Shown here: piece after piece, positions 9,056 to 19,001 of the stretch
How positions within the stretch are numbered: the first letter of the stretch is position 1
Layout: the number at the start of each line of letters is the position of its first letter
From: Bacteroidota bacterium
Lineage (GTDB): Bacteria; Bacteroidota; Bacteroidia; Bacteroidales; VadinHA17
Length of the DNA: 32,903 nt
NCBI GenBank assembly: GCA_030642585.1
Contig: DAOWNN010000001.1
Span: 1 to 32,903, forward strand
Direction of reading: 5' to 3'
The notes under the pieces: generated by a model
Seen by the model: the letters and a program-made list of their open reading frames with translations, nothing else
What the model was told of the DNA's origin: nothing
Databases searched by the model: none
Program-made: the position numbers and the translations under genes

Positions 9056-10521
9056 TCTACATTATCATGCAGGTAAGAATTATCTGAACTCAGACGAGTT
9101 CCATTTTCCTCATCATCATTTAATGAATATTTTGATATTTTTCTATTTGAAGAATGAGGAGGTTTTTGGATTTTCCTGTTTTTTCGAATATAAGCCGGCT
9201 GATTTTCCAACTCATCAATCTCATTTTCCTTATCTTCTTCCAGGTATCCCTGATTTTTCAGATAAGCCTGATGTTTTTTAATCTTCTCTATCCTTTCTGC
9301 AGTTTGTTCTTTATCAAGCAATTCATGTTCATCATCATTATTCTGCCTTGAGGAATTTGAAAATTCTCCATTTGAAGTTACTTCAAAATCTATGGTTCTT
9401 TGATTAGTGTTAAATTCATCAATGGTATAGGGGCCCATATTTTCATCTTTAACTTCAAAGCTTGAATCAGGAATAAGACTATTTAATTCCGATTCCTCCA
9501 GAAATACCTTCTGGGTATTTCTCTTTTCTGTGTATAATTCAGGAATTGAACTTGGTTCAAATCCGGTAGCTATTACTGTTACAGCTACTTTCTCCTCTAA
9601 ACTTTCATCTTTACCAGTGCCCCATATAATCATTACATCATCGGCTGCGGCCGAGTTAATAAAATCTGTAATTTCACCAACTTCATCCATACTTACTTCA
9701 TATTCACCTGATGTTATATTTAACAAAATACTACTGGCTCCGGTTATATCGTTTGAATTTAATAGTGGTGAGGTAATAGCTATTTCCACTGCTTTCTGGG
9801 CTCTGCCTTCCCCGGTAGCTTCACCTGAACCCATCATGGCAACCCCTGAGTTATACATCACCGTCTCAACATCAGCAAAATCAACATTGATGTAACTGTG
9901 AACTGTAATAATTTCTGCAATTCCTTTTGCTGCTTTAGTGAGAACATCATCTGCCCTGGAAAACGCCTCTGAAAGCTTCAGATCACCATATATTTCCCGC
10001 AATTTTTCATTGTTTATCACAAGCAAAGAATCTACATTATCTTTCAACTCTTTAATTCCAACAATAGCTTGTTGAATTCTTTTTTGTCCTTCAAACCGGA
10101 ACGGAATTGTTACAATTGCTACAGTAAGTATTCCCAATTCACGACAAGCTTTGGCAATAACCGGGGCTGCACCGGTTCCTGTTCCTCCTCCCATCCCTGC
10201 GGTTAAAAATACCATTTTGGTGTTTTTCGATAAGATTTCAATAATATCATCGAGGCTTTCCTGGGCCGCTTGTCTTCCAACTTCAGGTTTATTTCCAGCT
10301 CCCCTCCCTTCTGTGATAGATTCTCCTATTTGAATTTTTACTGCAACAGGGCTATTTTCAAGAGCTTGTGCATCTGTATTGCAAACCATGAAATTTACGT
10401 CCTTAATTCCCTGGCGAAACATGTGGTTTACTGCATTACTTCCACCTCCTCCAATCCCCAAAACTTTAATAATGGAGGATTTATCAACAGGGAGATCAAA
10501 ATTCATGAGTTCTTCTGCCAT
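9052..10521 (-). CDS. ftsZ: cell division GTPase FtsZ
   Basis: IKVLGIGGGGSNAVNHM and the tubulin signature GGGTGTGAAPV are present. A long acidic linker leads to the PAYIRK C-terminal peptide, followed by a 42-aa tail ending NSYLHDNVD. Confidence 0.97.
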   Translation of the reverse strand: MAEELMNFDLPVDKSSIIKVLGIGGGGSNAVNHMFRQGIKDVNFMVCNTDAQALENSPVAVKIQIGESITEGRGAGNKPEVGRQAAQESLDDIIEILSKNTKMVFLTAGMGGGTGTGAAPVIAKACRELGILTVAIVTIPFRFEGQKRIQQAIVGIKELKDNVDSLLVINNEKLREIYGDLKLSEAFSRADDVLTKAAKGIAEIITVHSYINVDFADVETVMYNSGVAMMGSGEATGEGRAQKAVEIAITSPLLNSNDITGASSILLNITSGEYEVSMDEVGEITDFINSAAADDVMIIWGTGKDESLEEKVAVTVIATGFEPSSIPELYTEKRNTQKVFLEESELNSLIPDSSFEVKDENMGPYTIDEFNTNQRTIDFEVTSNGEFSNSSRQNNDDEHELLDKEQTAERIEKIKKHQAYLKNQGYLEEDKENEIDELENQPAYIRKNRKIQKPPHSSNRKISKYSLNDDEENGTRLSSDNSYLHDNVD

Positions 10522-10574
10522 AATATTTGAATTTTAAATTAACACCAAAAATAAATCAGGATAAATGAAATTGC

Positions 10575-11894
10575 TTACTCCATTTTCATGTCATTTTCAG
10601 CAAATATTTCTATCAATGTGTTTTTAAACTTATCGAAAATACTTCTTCTGTTTTTTCCTTCCTCCTCAAAATCGTCTTCCTCAATAAGATCAATTGGAAT
10701 ATCATCATCCTTAACTTTAATCTTACTCTCATCTGGATTAGAATACTCAAATCCCTTCAATACAAGGCCTATGCTGGTAGAATACATGGGCTGATTGATT
10801 TCCTCATCCACCTCACCTGCCAGATAAAGATTGGGTAATCCAATACGCACATCCATGCCTGTTTTAAACTTTACAAGTTGGGGTAAATGCTTCAATAATG
10901 CTCCTCCTCCTGTTAAAACAATGCCTGCAGCCATTTTATCTAAAAACCCTGAATTCTGAATTTCAAAACTTATCGCATCAATAATTTCTTCCATCCTGGA
11001 TTGTATGATATATGCAAGATTCTTAAATGAAATCTCTTTAGGTTCCCTTCCACTGATTCCCGGAATTGTTACAACCTTGTCAGATGGTGCAATATCTCCC
11101 AGAGCTGACCCGTATTGAACTTTTAAAGATTCAGCCTGCCTGTTTAAAATAGAACAACCTTCTTTTATATCATGGGTAACCACATTCCCTCCAAATGGAA
11201 TAACCGCAGTATGCCTTATCACATTATCGTAATAAACTGCCACATCTGTAGTTCCTCCACCAATATCAACCAAAACAACTCCTGCTTCTTTTTCATCATC
11301 GGTTAATACAGCCTCAGATGAAGCAAGAGGCTCCAGGATCAATTCATTGATCTCTAATCCCACACGGTTAACACACTTTTCAATATTTCTTGCAGAAGCC
11401 ACTTTCCCAATCACAATATGAAAGTTGCCCTCCAGTCTTCTTCCTGACATTCCAACAGGATTCTTCACTCCTGTTTCATAATCCACAATAAAATTTTGGG
11501 GCAAAACATGAATAATCTCCTCTCCAACTTCTATAGGTATGTTACGCATATCCGCTATAAGCTGGCGTATATCATCCTTTGTAATTTCTCCTTCGTCAGA
11601 ATTTCTGTTGATATAGCCCCTGTTTCTGATACTTTTTATGTGCTGTCCGGCAATACCTACGAAAACCTCAGAGAAAATTATACCAGATTTACTTTGTACT
11701 TCCTCTATAGTAGATCTGATTGCATTCACTGTTTCTTCAATATTCTGAACAACACCTCTCTTTACTCCTTTCGATGGAGCTTTACTTAATGAAAGAATTT
11801 CAAGTTTCCCATGCTCGTTTTTTCTGCCAATAATTGACACAATCTTTGTTGTACCTATGTCAATGGCGGCAATTATTTCATCATTTTTACTCAT
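10575..11894 (-). CDS. ftsA: cell division protein FtsA
   Basis: Actin-fold motifs AIDIGTTKI, DIGGGTTDVAVY and LTGGGALL are present. The gene sits between ftsQ and ftsZ. Confidence 0.95.
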   Translation of the reverse strand: MSKNDEIIAAIDIGTTKIVSIIGRKNEHGKLEILSLSKAPSKGVKRGVVQNIEETVNAIRSTIEEVQSKSGIIFSEVFVGIAGQHIKSIRNRGYINRNSDEGEITKDDIRQLIADMRNIPIEVGEEIIHVLPQNFIVDYETGVKNPVGMSGRRLEGNFHIVIGKVASARNIEKCVNRVGLEINELILEPLASSEAVLTDDEKEAGVVLVDIGGGTTDVAVYYDNVIRHTAVIPFGGNVVTHDIKEGCSILNRQAESLKVQYGSALGDIAPSDKVVTIPGISGREPKEISFKNLAYIIQSRMEEIIDAISFEIQNSGFLDKMAAGIVLTGGGALLKHLPQLVKFKTGMDVRIGLPNLYLAGEVDEEINQPMYSTSIGLVLKGFEYSNPDESKIKVKDDDIPIDLIEEDDFEEEGKNRRSIFDKFKNTLIEIFAENDMKME

Positions 11895-11946
11895 AATTAA
11901 GTGTTTATCCGGTTAAATAATATTTCTATAATTCTTCTTTTATGCT

Positions 11947-12735
11947 TTATCTTCTTGTGCAAACAACCTGGTTTTTGAATTTCAAATCAATTTTTATGTA
12001 TTTATTCCAACCCTCTTTCTCAAATCCCTGATTATATAATGCATACAATTTGTCAAATTTGTCCCGGTAATTACTAATGTCACCAAACTCAATAATATGG
12101 GCCCCTACCCTGGGTATTAACTGGAATTCCCCAAACTTTGTCAGGTGAATCTGCTCAAACTGAGCCCTCCAAAAATTATCATTGTATATAAAAAGCCCCA
12201 ATTGATACAGATCATAGATCCTTTTATATTCAGCATTAGCTTTCAACTCCATAAGATTATCCCCGGGTGTTCCTCCATTCAGATTCCACCCATTCGCAAC
12301 AATTACCCTGGCTGTATAATACTCCCCCAAAGGCATTATATTAGCTTCTTTGTCTATGTAATATCCTTTCCCACGCTCATCAATAACCCTTATAATCGGC
12401 TCTCTTTGTGTTATATATATATTCAATTTCCCATTTGAGCTTTTAAAAACCTCTGAGGTTTTCACAAATGGAGTATTTCTAATTTTTCCCTCCAATTCCT
12501 TTGTGTTGATTCTACCTAATTCACCACCCAGAATATTGATCTGGTCCTGAATAATTAAATTATAGATATCCTTAGCTGATACAAAATGATTGTCAGCAGA
12601 GTCAATGATTGCAATATGCAATGACTGACAAGGTGATTTACTTACCTTATCCGACACAAGACCAAGGACCACAATCAAATATGCCATCAAACCAATCCAG
12701 GTCAATATATTCAAAGCCCTTTTCATTTCAATCAA
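11947..12735 (-). CDS. ftsQ: cell division protein FtsQ
   Basis: 262-aa bitopic protein with one TM helix (LTWIGLMAYLIVVLGLV) followed by a POTRA-like region. It lies between murC and ftsA and overlaps the murC stop by 4 nt. Confidence 0.75.
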   Translation of the reverse strand: MIEMKRALNILTWIGLMAYLIVVLGLVSDKVSKSPCQSLHIAIIDSADNHFVSAKDIYNLIIQDQINILGGELGRINTKELEGKIRNTPFVKTSEVFKSSNGKLNIYITQREPIIRVIDERGKGYYIDKEANIMPLGEYYTARVIVANGWNLNGGTPGDNLMELKANAEYKRIYDLYQLGLFIYNDNFWRAQFEQIHLTKFGEFQLIPRVGAHIIEFGDISNYRDKFDKLYALYNQGFEKEGWNKYIKIDLKFKNQVVCTRR

Positions 12736-14129
12736 ATACTTTTCTGTTCTGTTAATAATTTCACAATTGGTTCAGTTAATGCGTAGATATCTCCGGCACC
12801 CATTGTAAGCAGTACATCTGTTTCCATTTCCCTTATATAATCCAGAAGCTGATCTTTATTCATAATTGCTTTTCGCTTTATTCTTACTTCATCGAATATT
12901 ATTTTTGAAGAAACACCTTCAATTTCTTTTTCCCTGGCAGGGTATATTTCCAAAAGGATCAATTCATCCAGACTTTCCAGGCTCCTTGCAAAATCTATAT
13001 ACAGATCCTGTGTTCTTGAAAACAAATGAGGCTGGAACACTCCTGTTATTTTCTTTTCGGGAAATAATTGTTTAACCGATTGTATAAAGGAGCTTACTTC
13101 TACAGGATGATGAGCATAATCATCAATGTATACAATATCCGGATGCTCAAACCTAAAATCAAACCTGCGTTGAATACCACGAAAATCAAGCAAAGACTTC
13201 CGGATTATTTCCGCATGAATCCCTAAAATCCAGGCCATTGATACAGCAGCAACAGCATTTTCAATATTTATTTTCCCTGGCATTCCTAATTGTAGCCCCT
13301 CCACTAAACCTCCCGGTATCACCACATCAAAATGGTAAAATCCTTCATTCAGCTGAATGTTCTTAGCATAAAAATCTGCTTCTGAATCAAGTGAATAACT
13401 AAGGATTTCAATACCTGCAATCTGATCTTTTGACAATGGCAGATCAATCCCATCTTTCAGTAAAAGTTTTCCTCCCTTTTCAATCTTTCCAACAAACAGT
13501 CCAAATGATTTTATCAAATTCGAATGGTCCAGATACACATCTAAATGGTCGGGGTCAATGGAAGTAATGATGGCAGCGAATGGAGTTAAATGCAGGAACG
13601 AACGATCAAACTCATCTGCTTCAACAACGGCCATTTCTCCGGAGTCAAAAAGAAAGTTGCTGTCATAATTTTTTAAAATTCCTCCAAGAAAGGCTGTGCA
13701 ACCAATATTCGATTGTTTTAGGATATGAGCCAACAGGGCAGAAACAGTGGTTTTTCCATGAGTTCCTGCTATAGCAATAGTCTTTAGTTTTCCTGAAATC
13801 AAGCCCAGAACTTCTGACCGTTTCATGATCTGGAATTTATTGGCTTCAAAAAATTTCATCTCAGCATGATCTTTCGCAACTGCAGGAGTATAAATTATCA
13901 AAGTAGAATCTTTCTGATCAGGATTTGAAAATGAAACAGGAATGTGGTCAGGATTTTCTGTAAAATGCACCTGGCAACCCTCCACGGCCAACTGGTCGGT
14001 TAGATGAGTTGAAGTCTTATCATAACCGGCTACATCAAAACCTCCGGCAAGGAAATACCTTGCCAGGGCGCTCATTCCTATGCCTCCAATACCCAGGAAA
14101 TAGATTCTATGTATATTTTCAAGATTCAT
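12732..14129 (-). CDS. murC: UDP-N-acetylmuramate--L-alanine ligase MurC
   Basis: N-terminal FLGIGGIGMSALA and the P-loop AGTHGKTT are present. Length (465 aa) and position in the dcw cluster fit. Confidence 0.93.
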   Translation of the reverse strand: MNLENIHRIYFLGIGGIGMSALARYFLAGGFDVAGYDKTSTHLTDQLAVEGCQVHFTENPDHIPVSFSNPDQKDSTLIIYTPAVAKDHAEMKFFEANKFQIMKRSEVLGLISGKLKTIAIAGTHGKTTVSALLAHILKQSNIGCTAFLGGILKNYDSNFLFDSGEMAVVEADEFDRSFLHLTPFAAIITSIDPDHLDVYLDHSNLIKSFGLFVGKIEKGGKLLLKDGIDLPLSKDQIAGIEILSYSLDSEADFYAKNIQLNEGFYHFDVVIPGGLVEGLQLGMPGKINIENAVAAVSMAWILGIHAEIIRKSLLDFRGIQRRFDFRFEHPDIVYIDDYAHHPVEVSSFIQSVKQLFPEKKITGVFQPHLFSRTQDLYIDFARSLESLDELILLEIYPAREKEIEGVSSKIIFDEVRIKRKAIMNKDQLLDYIREMETDVLLTMGAGDIYALTEPIVKLLTEQKSI

Positions 14130-15244
14130 TGATCATTCACTAGTTTTAGAACCTCCTCTGCAATTTTTCCGGCCGAGTCCCTGATGGCCATTTTTACAAT
14201 ATTCTGCGACAGTATGCTTAAGGCCGAATCGTCCCTGATTAAATCCAATGCCCTGGGCATAAGTTTTTCAATAGCCTCCGTATCACTTATATGTTCAGCG
14301 GCATTCTGATCAACAAGAGTACGTGCATTATAAGTCTGATGATCTTCAGCAACATTGGGAGAAGGAACCAATATTGAAGGTTTCCCACATAAACATAATT
14401 CAGAAATGGTTCCTGCTCCGGCCCTTGAGATGACCAGATCAGCAGCAGCATAAGCCAGATCCATCCTGGAAATAAAATCATATAAGCGGATATTGCCAGG
14501 CTGAATTGAACTAACTTCTTTTATTGCCGAATCATAATATATTTTCCCCGATTGCCAAATTATCTGCATGTCTTCATTCTTCAGATCTCCAAGCTTTTGC
14601 ATTACAGCCAAATTGATAGTTCTGGCTCCCAAACTTCCTCCCAATATCAATAAAGTTTTCTTCCCACTTTGAAGATCAAAGTATTCAAGTGCTTCACTTA
14701 TTTTATTATTACTTTCCTCAAGATCTTCCCTTACCGGATTCCCGGTAAAAACGATTTTATCCTCAGGGAAATATTTATCCATTCCCTGGTAGGCTACGCA
14801 TATTTTAGAGGCTCTTTTTGCCAACAATTTGTTGGTAATACCCGGATACGAATTTTGCTCCTGTAATAAAGTTGGTATACCATTTTTACCCGCAATTTGA
14901 AGTGTCGGGCCGCTGGCATACCCACCTGTTCCAATAGCGACAGAAGGATTAAAATCCCTAATTATTTTCCCGGCCTTTCTAAGACTTTTCACCAAGTTAA
15001 TCAGCACTTTGATATTTTTCAGGCTTAATTTTCTTATAAATCCGCTAACCGGGAGACCAATTATTTGAAAGCCTGCAGCTGGCACTTTTTCCATCTCCAT
15101 TCTGTCTTCAGCACCAACAAACAGAATCTCTGACTTTGGCTCGATTTTTAATAAGGCCCGGGCAATAGAAATGGCAGGGAAGATGTGACCTCCTGTACCA
15201 CCACCACTGATAATAAATCTTCTATATTGCAGGTTCTGCCTCAT
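14126..15244 (-). CDS. murG: UDP-GlcNAc:lipid I N-acetylglucosaminyltransferase MurG
   Basis: The signature SGGGTGGHIFPA is at the N-terminus. The protein is 372 aa, and its stop overlaps the murC start by 4 nt (ATGA). Confidence 0.93.
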   Translation of the reverse strand: MRQNLQYRRFIISGGGTGGHIFPAISIARALLKIEPKSEILFVGAEDRMEMEKVPAAGFQIIGLPVSGFIRKLSLKNIKVLINLVKSLRKAGKIIRDFNPSVAIGTGGYASGPTLQIAGKNGIPTLLQEQNSYPGITNKLLAKRASKICVAYQGMDKYFPEDKIVFTGNPVREDLEESNNKISEALEYFDLQSGKKTLLILGGSLGARTINLAVMQKLGDLKNEDMQIIWQSGKIYYDSAIKEVSSIQPGNIRLYDFISRMDLAYAAADLVISRAGAGTISELCLCGKPSILVPSPNVAEDHQTYNARTLVDQNAAEHISDTEAIEKLMPRALDLIRDDSALSILSQNIVKMAIRDSAGKIAEEVLKLVNDQ

Positions 15245-16385
15245 TTAATAAATCTTTTTCAATGCCACGACTTACGCTCAAAATAATTCCAAAAGCAATA
15301 CTTGTAAACAACAAGGATGACCCTCCCATACTAACAAATGGGAGTGTTTGTCCGGTTACAGGGAAAAGATTAACTGCCACTGCCATGTTCACAAAAGCCT
15401 GGAATACAATCAATAAGGTTAAGCCAATAGCCAGGAATGCCGGAAATGTCCTGTTAGCTTTATGAACAAGTGCCCCTCCCCGATACAATAAAATGAGATA
15501 GGCAAGAACCAGGGGAATAGCTCCCAGGAACAGGCCATATTCTTCAATAATAATTGCAAAAATAAAATCTGAATAGGGGTGTGGAAGAAAATTCCTTTGT
15601 GTACTTTTCCCAGGGCTTTTCCCGAAAAATCCACCGCTTGCAACCGCAATTTTTGCCTGTTCCACCTGGAAATATTCATCAGAAGTTCCATCGACATAAT
15701 TTTCAATCCTGTTTTTCCAGGTTGAAATACGGCCCTCCTTATTAAACATCAAGGACACACTTACAAAAAGTACAAGAGCCAACATACCAATCCCAATAAT
15801 AGCTGCCAGGTATTTAACAGGTACTCTGCCTATAAATAATAATGCTACAGCTGTGACAAATAATATTAAAGCCGTTGACAAATTTGCAGGTAAAATGAGC
15901 ATACATACTAATATAACCGGAATAATTAAGGGCCGAAATGCTTCTTTTAAATTTTTTATTTCCACTTGTTTAATAGACAACAAGCGAGCCAGGTACATAA
16001 TAAGAGCAAGTTTAGCAAAATCTGATGTTTGAATGGTAAAGCCCAAACCCGGTAAGGTAAGCCACCTGGCTGCTTCATTTAAATTTGTTCCAATCAGTAA
16101 AGTAAGTAATAACAAGGGAACTGATGCAAAAAGGAAGAACTGCGAAAGCCTTGAATAGAATTTATATGGTACCAGGTGGGTAACGAAAATAATAAACACT
16201 CCAATTCCCAGAATTACTCCGTGCCGTATCAGGTAATATGTAGTATTCCCTCCCATATTTCTATAGGCAAGGGTTCCTGTGGAGCTATATACTGCCAGAA
16301 TAGAATAGACTGTAAGCACAACAATCACCCCCCAGATGATTCTGTCCCCCTTAAATAATTTTTTTACATTCTCTTCCATTCTCAA
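15222..16385 (-). CDS. ftsW: peptidoglycan glycosyltransferase FtsW (SEDS family)
   Basis: 387-aa polytopic membrane protein with SEDS-like segments (PYSDFIFAIIIEEYG and PFVSMGGSSLL). It lies between murD and murG. Confidence 0.9.
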   Translation of the reverse strand: MRMEENVKKLFKGDRIIWGVIVVLTVYSILAVYSSTGTLAYRNMGGNTTYYLIRHGVILGIGVFIIFVTHLVPYKFYSRLSQFFLFASVPLLLLTLLIGTNLNEAARWLTLPGLGFTIQTSDFAKLALIMYLARLLSIKQVEIKNLKEAFRPLIIPVILVCMLILPANLSTALILFVTAVALLFIGRVPVKYLAAIIGIGMLALVLFVSVSLMFNKEGRISTWKNRIENYVDGTSDEYFQVEQAKIAVASGGFFGKSPGKSTQRNFLPHPYSDFIFAIIIEEYGLFLGAIPLVLAYLILLYRGGALVHKANRTFPAFLAIGLTLLIVFQAFVNMAVAVNLFPVTGQTLPFVSMGGSSLLFTSIAFGIILSVSRGIEKDLLNEAEPAI

Positions 16386-16415
16386 TTCACATATTTTAAA
16401 AAAGCAGAGGTTTAA

Positions 16416-17762
16416 TTATAAATTTCTAACATATTGTTTGAATTGCCTCCCTCTATCTTCATAATTCTCAAACAGGTCGAAGCTAGCACAGGCAGGAGAT
16501 AACAAAACCACATCTCCATTATTACAAATAGAATAGGCTTTCTTAACAGCTTCTTCCATCGATCTTGCTTCTTCAATCCTCAAAGGCATTTCCTCAAAGG
16601 CATTGATGATTTTTGAATTATCCTTTCCCAAACAAATTAAGGCTTTAACCTTTTCCTTTACCAAAACCATCAATGAAGAATAATCATTCCCTTTATCCAC
16701 ACCACCTAAAATCAAAACAACATCTTCGTTCATGCTTTCCAGGGCATACCATGTTGAATTTACATTTGTAGCCTTGGAATCATTAATAAACATGATTCCA
16801 TGAACCTTAATTACGGGTTCAAGCCTATGTTCAACACCCTGAAAATCACTTAAACTCTTTCTGATTTTTTCCTTTCGAATACGTAATACCTGGCTGGTAA
16901 TACCTGCAGCCATTGAGTTATAGGTGTTGTGCTTACCTTTCAGTGCTAAATCTGTTATTGCCATGGTAATTTCCTGGTTTTTATAATTAAAATTTATTTT
17001 TTCCTTAACTAAATATGCAGTTTGCCCCTCAAGCTTTTCAATAGAAAACGACAACCTGGCTACAGGGGGATTCATCTTATCAAGTGTATCTCTAATAACA
17101 GGATCATCATCACAATAAATCAAGAAATCTTTCTCAGTCTGATTTCTTATTATCCTGAATTTTGAATCAATGTAATTCTGCATTTTGTAATCGTAACGAT
17201 CAAGATGATCTGGGGTAATATTCATTAAAACAGCAATATCTGCTTTAAAATCATACATTCCATCCAACTGAAAACTACTAAGCTCAAGAACATAGTAATC
17301 GACATCTCCCTGAGCTACCTTCATAGCAAAACTCTGCCCTACATTCCCTGCCATAGACACATTTAGTCCGGCATTTTTCATTATATGCCAGATCATATTT
17401 GTGGTTGTGGTTTTCCCATTGCTTCCTGTAATGCAAATCATCCTGGCATTTGAAAATCTTCCAGCAAATTCAATTTCAGAGATTACAGGAACAGCCATTT
17501 CTTTTAGTTTTTTTATGATCCCGGCATTATCAGGAATTCCAGGACTTTTTATCACCTCATCAGCCAGAAGTATCTTTTCTTCTGTATGCATTTTCTCTTC
17601 CCATTCAATATTGTTACTGTCAAACAACTCTTTATGTTTATCTGAAATCTTTCCATGATCAGATACAAACACCTCAAATCCCTTCTTGTGAGCCAAATAT
17701 GCTGCACCGGCACCACTCTCACCGGCTCCTAAAACCACAATTTTTTTTTCAGCTCTATTCAT
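16416..17762 (-). CDS. murD: UDP-N-acetylmuramoylalanine--D-glutamate ligase MurD
   Basis: VLGAGESGAGAA and the P-loop GSNGKTTTT are present. The protein is 448 aa and its position fits. Confidence 0.93.
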   Translation of the reverse strand: MNRAEKKIVVLGAGESGAGAAYLAHKKGFEVFVSDHGKISDKHKELFDSNNIEWEEKMHTEEKILLADEVIKSPGIPDNAGIIKKLKEMAVPVISEIEFAGRFSNARMICITGSNGKTTTTNMIWHIMKNAGLNVSMAGNVGQSFAMKVAQGDVDYYVLELSSFQLDGMYDFKADIAVLMNITPDHLDRYDYKMQNYIDSKFRIIRNQTEKDFLIYCDDDPVIRDTLDKMNPPVARLSFSIEKLEGQTAYLVKEKINFNYKNQEITMAITDLALKGKHNTYNSMAAGITSQVLRIRKEKIRKSLSDFQGVEHRLEPVIKVHGIMFINDSKATNVNSTWYALESMNEDVVLILGGVDKGNDYSSLMVLVKEKVKALICLGKDNSKIINAFEEMPLRIEEARSMEEAVKKAYSICNNGDVVLLSPACASFDLFENYEDRGRQFKQYVRNL

Positions 17763-17764
17763 TA

Positions 17765-18988
17765 CTACCTGATCTTAAGTGTAACGATTGTAATTATTGC
17801 CAGCATAATTCCAATTATCCAGAATCGCAGAACAATTTTAGGTTCCGGAAACCCTTTTTTCTGATAATGATGATGTAGGGGAGCCATTAAAAATATTCGT
17901 TTCCCGACACCATGTTTCTTTCTGGTATATTTAAAATAGCTTACCTGTAAAAGGACCGATATGCTTTCAAAAAGAAAAATTCCACATAATATTGGTATGA
18001 GTAATTCTTTACGAATCACGATGGCAAACACTGCAAGAATTCCACCAAGAGCCAGGCTACCTGTATCTCCCATAAAAACCTGAGCCGGATAAGAATTATA
18101 CCAAAGAAAACCAATAGTTGCGCCAATAAGGGCACTGGCAAAAATTACCAATTCTCCTGTATATGGAATGTACATGATGTTGAGATAGCCGGCATAAATA
18201 ACATTACCAGAGAGGTAGGCCAGAATGCCAAGCGTTGTACCACTAATAGCAGTTGTGCCGGCAGCAAGGCCATCCAGACCATCTGTAAGGTTTACTCCAT
18301 TAGAGACCGCTGTTACAATAAAAATAACTGCCAGAACAAAAACTACCCATCCCCACTTCTGACTTTTTTCTCCTAAAAACTTAACTATAAAGGCATAATC
18401 AAATTCATGATTCTTGACAAAAGGGATGGTGGTTTTTGTCGACTTTACATCTATGGATTGTGGTACACCTCCTTCAGCAATCTCATGGGTATTGGATATA
18501 GCGGGAATCTGCTCCCGAATAACAACATCATCGCTCAGGTATAATGTCAATCCGACAACCAAACCAAGCATAATTTGTCCTATTATTTTAAATCGTCCTG
18601 CTAATCCTTCTTTATTTTTCTTAAATATTTTTATATAATCATCAATAAATCCAATCAGTCCCAACCATCCGGTAGTGATCAACATTAAAATAACATAAAC
18701 ATTTTTCAGATCTCCAAAAAGCAAGACCGGAATTAGGATAGATGCAAGAATGATTAAGCCACCCATAGAAGGGGTACCCTCTTTTCTGTATTGTCCTTCA
18801 AGTCCCAATTTACGAACAACCTCACCCGCCTGCTTTTTTTGAAGGAACTGAATAATTCTCCTTCCAAAAAGCATTGAAATTATAAGAGAGGTAATTATCG
18901 TGAGTGAAGCTCTGAAAGATATATACTGGAACATACCTGCTCCAGGGAAATCAAAGGCTTCAAGATATTTAAATAAGTAATAAAACAT
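17765..18988 (-). CDS. mraY: phospho-N-acetylmuramoyl-pentapeptide transferase MraY
   Basis: [30 protein letters not shown] and APLHHH motifs are present. The protein is 407 aa and polytopic. Confidence 0.95.
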   Translation of the reverse strand: MFYYLFKYLEAFDFPGAGMFQYISFRASLTIITSLIISMLFGRRIIQFLQKKQAGEVVRKLGLEGQYRKEGTPSMGGLIILASILIPVLLFGDLKNVYVILMLITTGWLGLIGFIDDYIKIFKKNKEGLAGRFKIIGQIMLGLVVGLTLYLSDDVVIREQIPAISNTHEIAEGGVPQSIDVKSTKTTIPFVKNHEFDYAFIVKFLGEKSQKWGWVVFVLAVIFIVTAVSNGVNLTDGLDGLAAGTTAISGTTLGILAYLSGNVIYAGYLNIMYIPYTGELVIFASALIGATIGFLWYNSYPAQVFMGDTGSLALGGILAVFAIVIRKELLIPILCGIFLFESISVLLQVSYFKYTRKKHGVGKRIFLMAPLHHHYQKKGFPEPKIVLRFWIIGIMLAIITIVTLKIR

Positions 18989-19001
18989 TTTCCTTAATTA
19001 G

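Noticed and set aside
9530-9895. 121-aa + strand ORF (and a further one at 10151-10333) antisense to ftsZ
   Set aside because: These lie entirely inside the strongly supported ftsZ CDS. Their low-complexity Ser/Pro/Ala-rich translations are typical shadow ORFs; for example, the reverse of the GGGTGTGAAP region gives AAPVPVPPP. No independent signal supports them.
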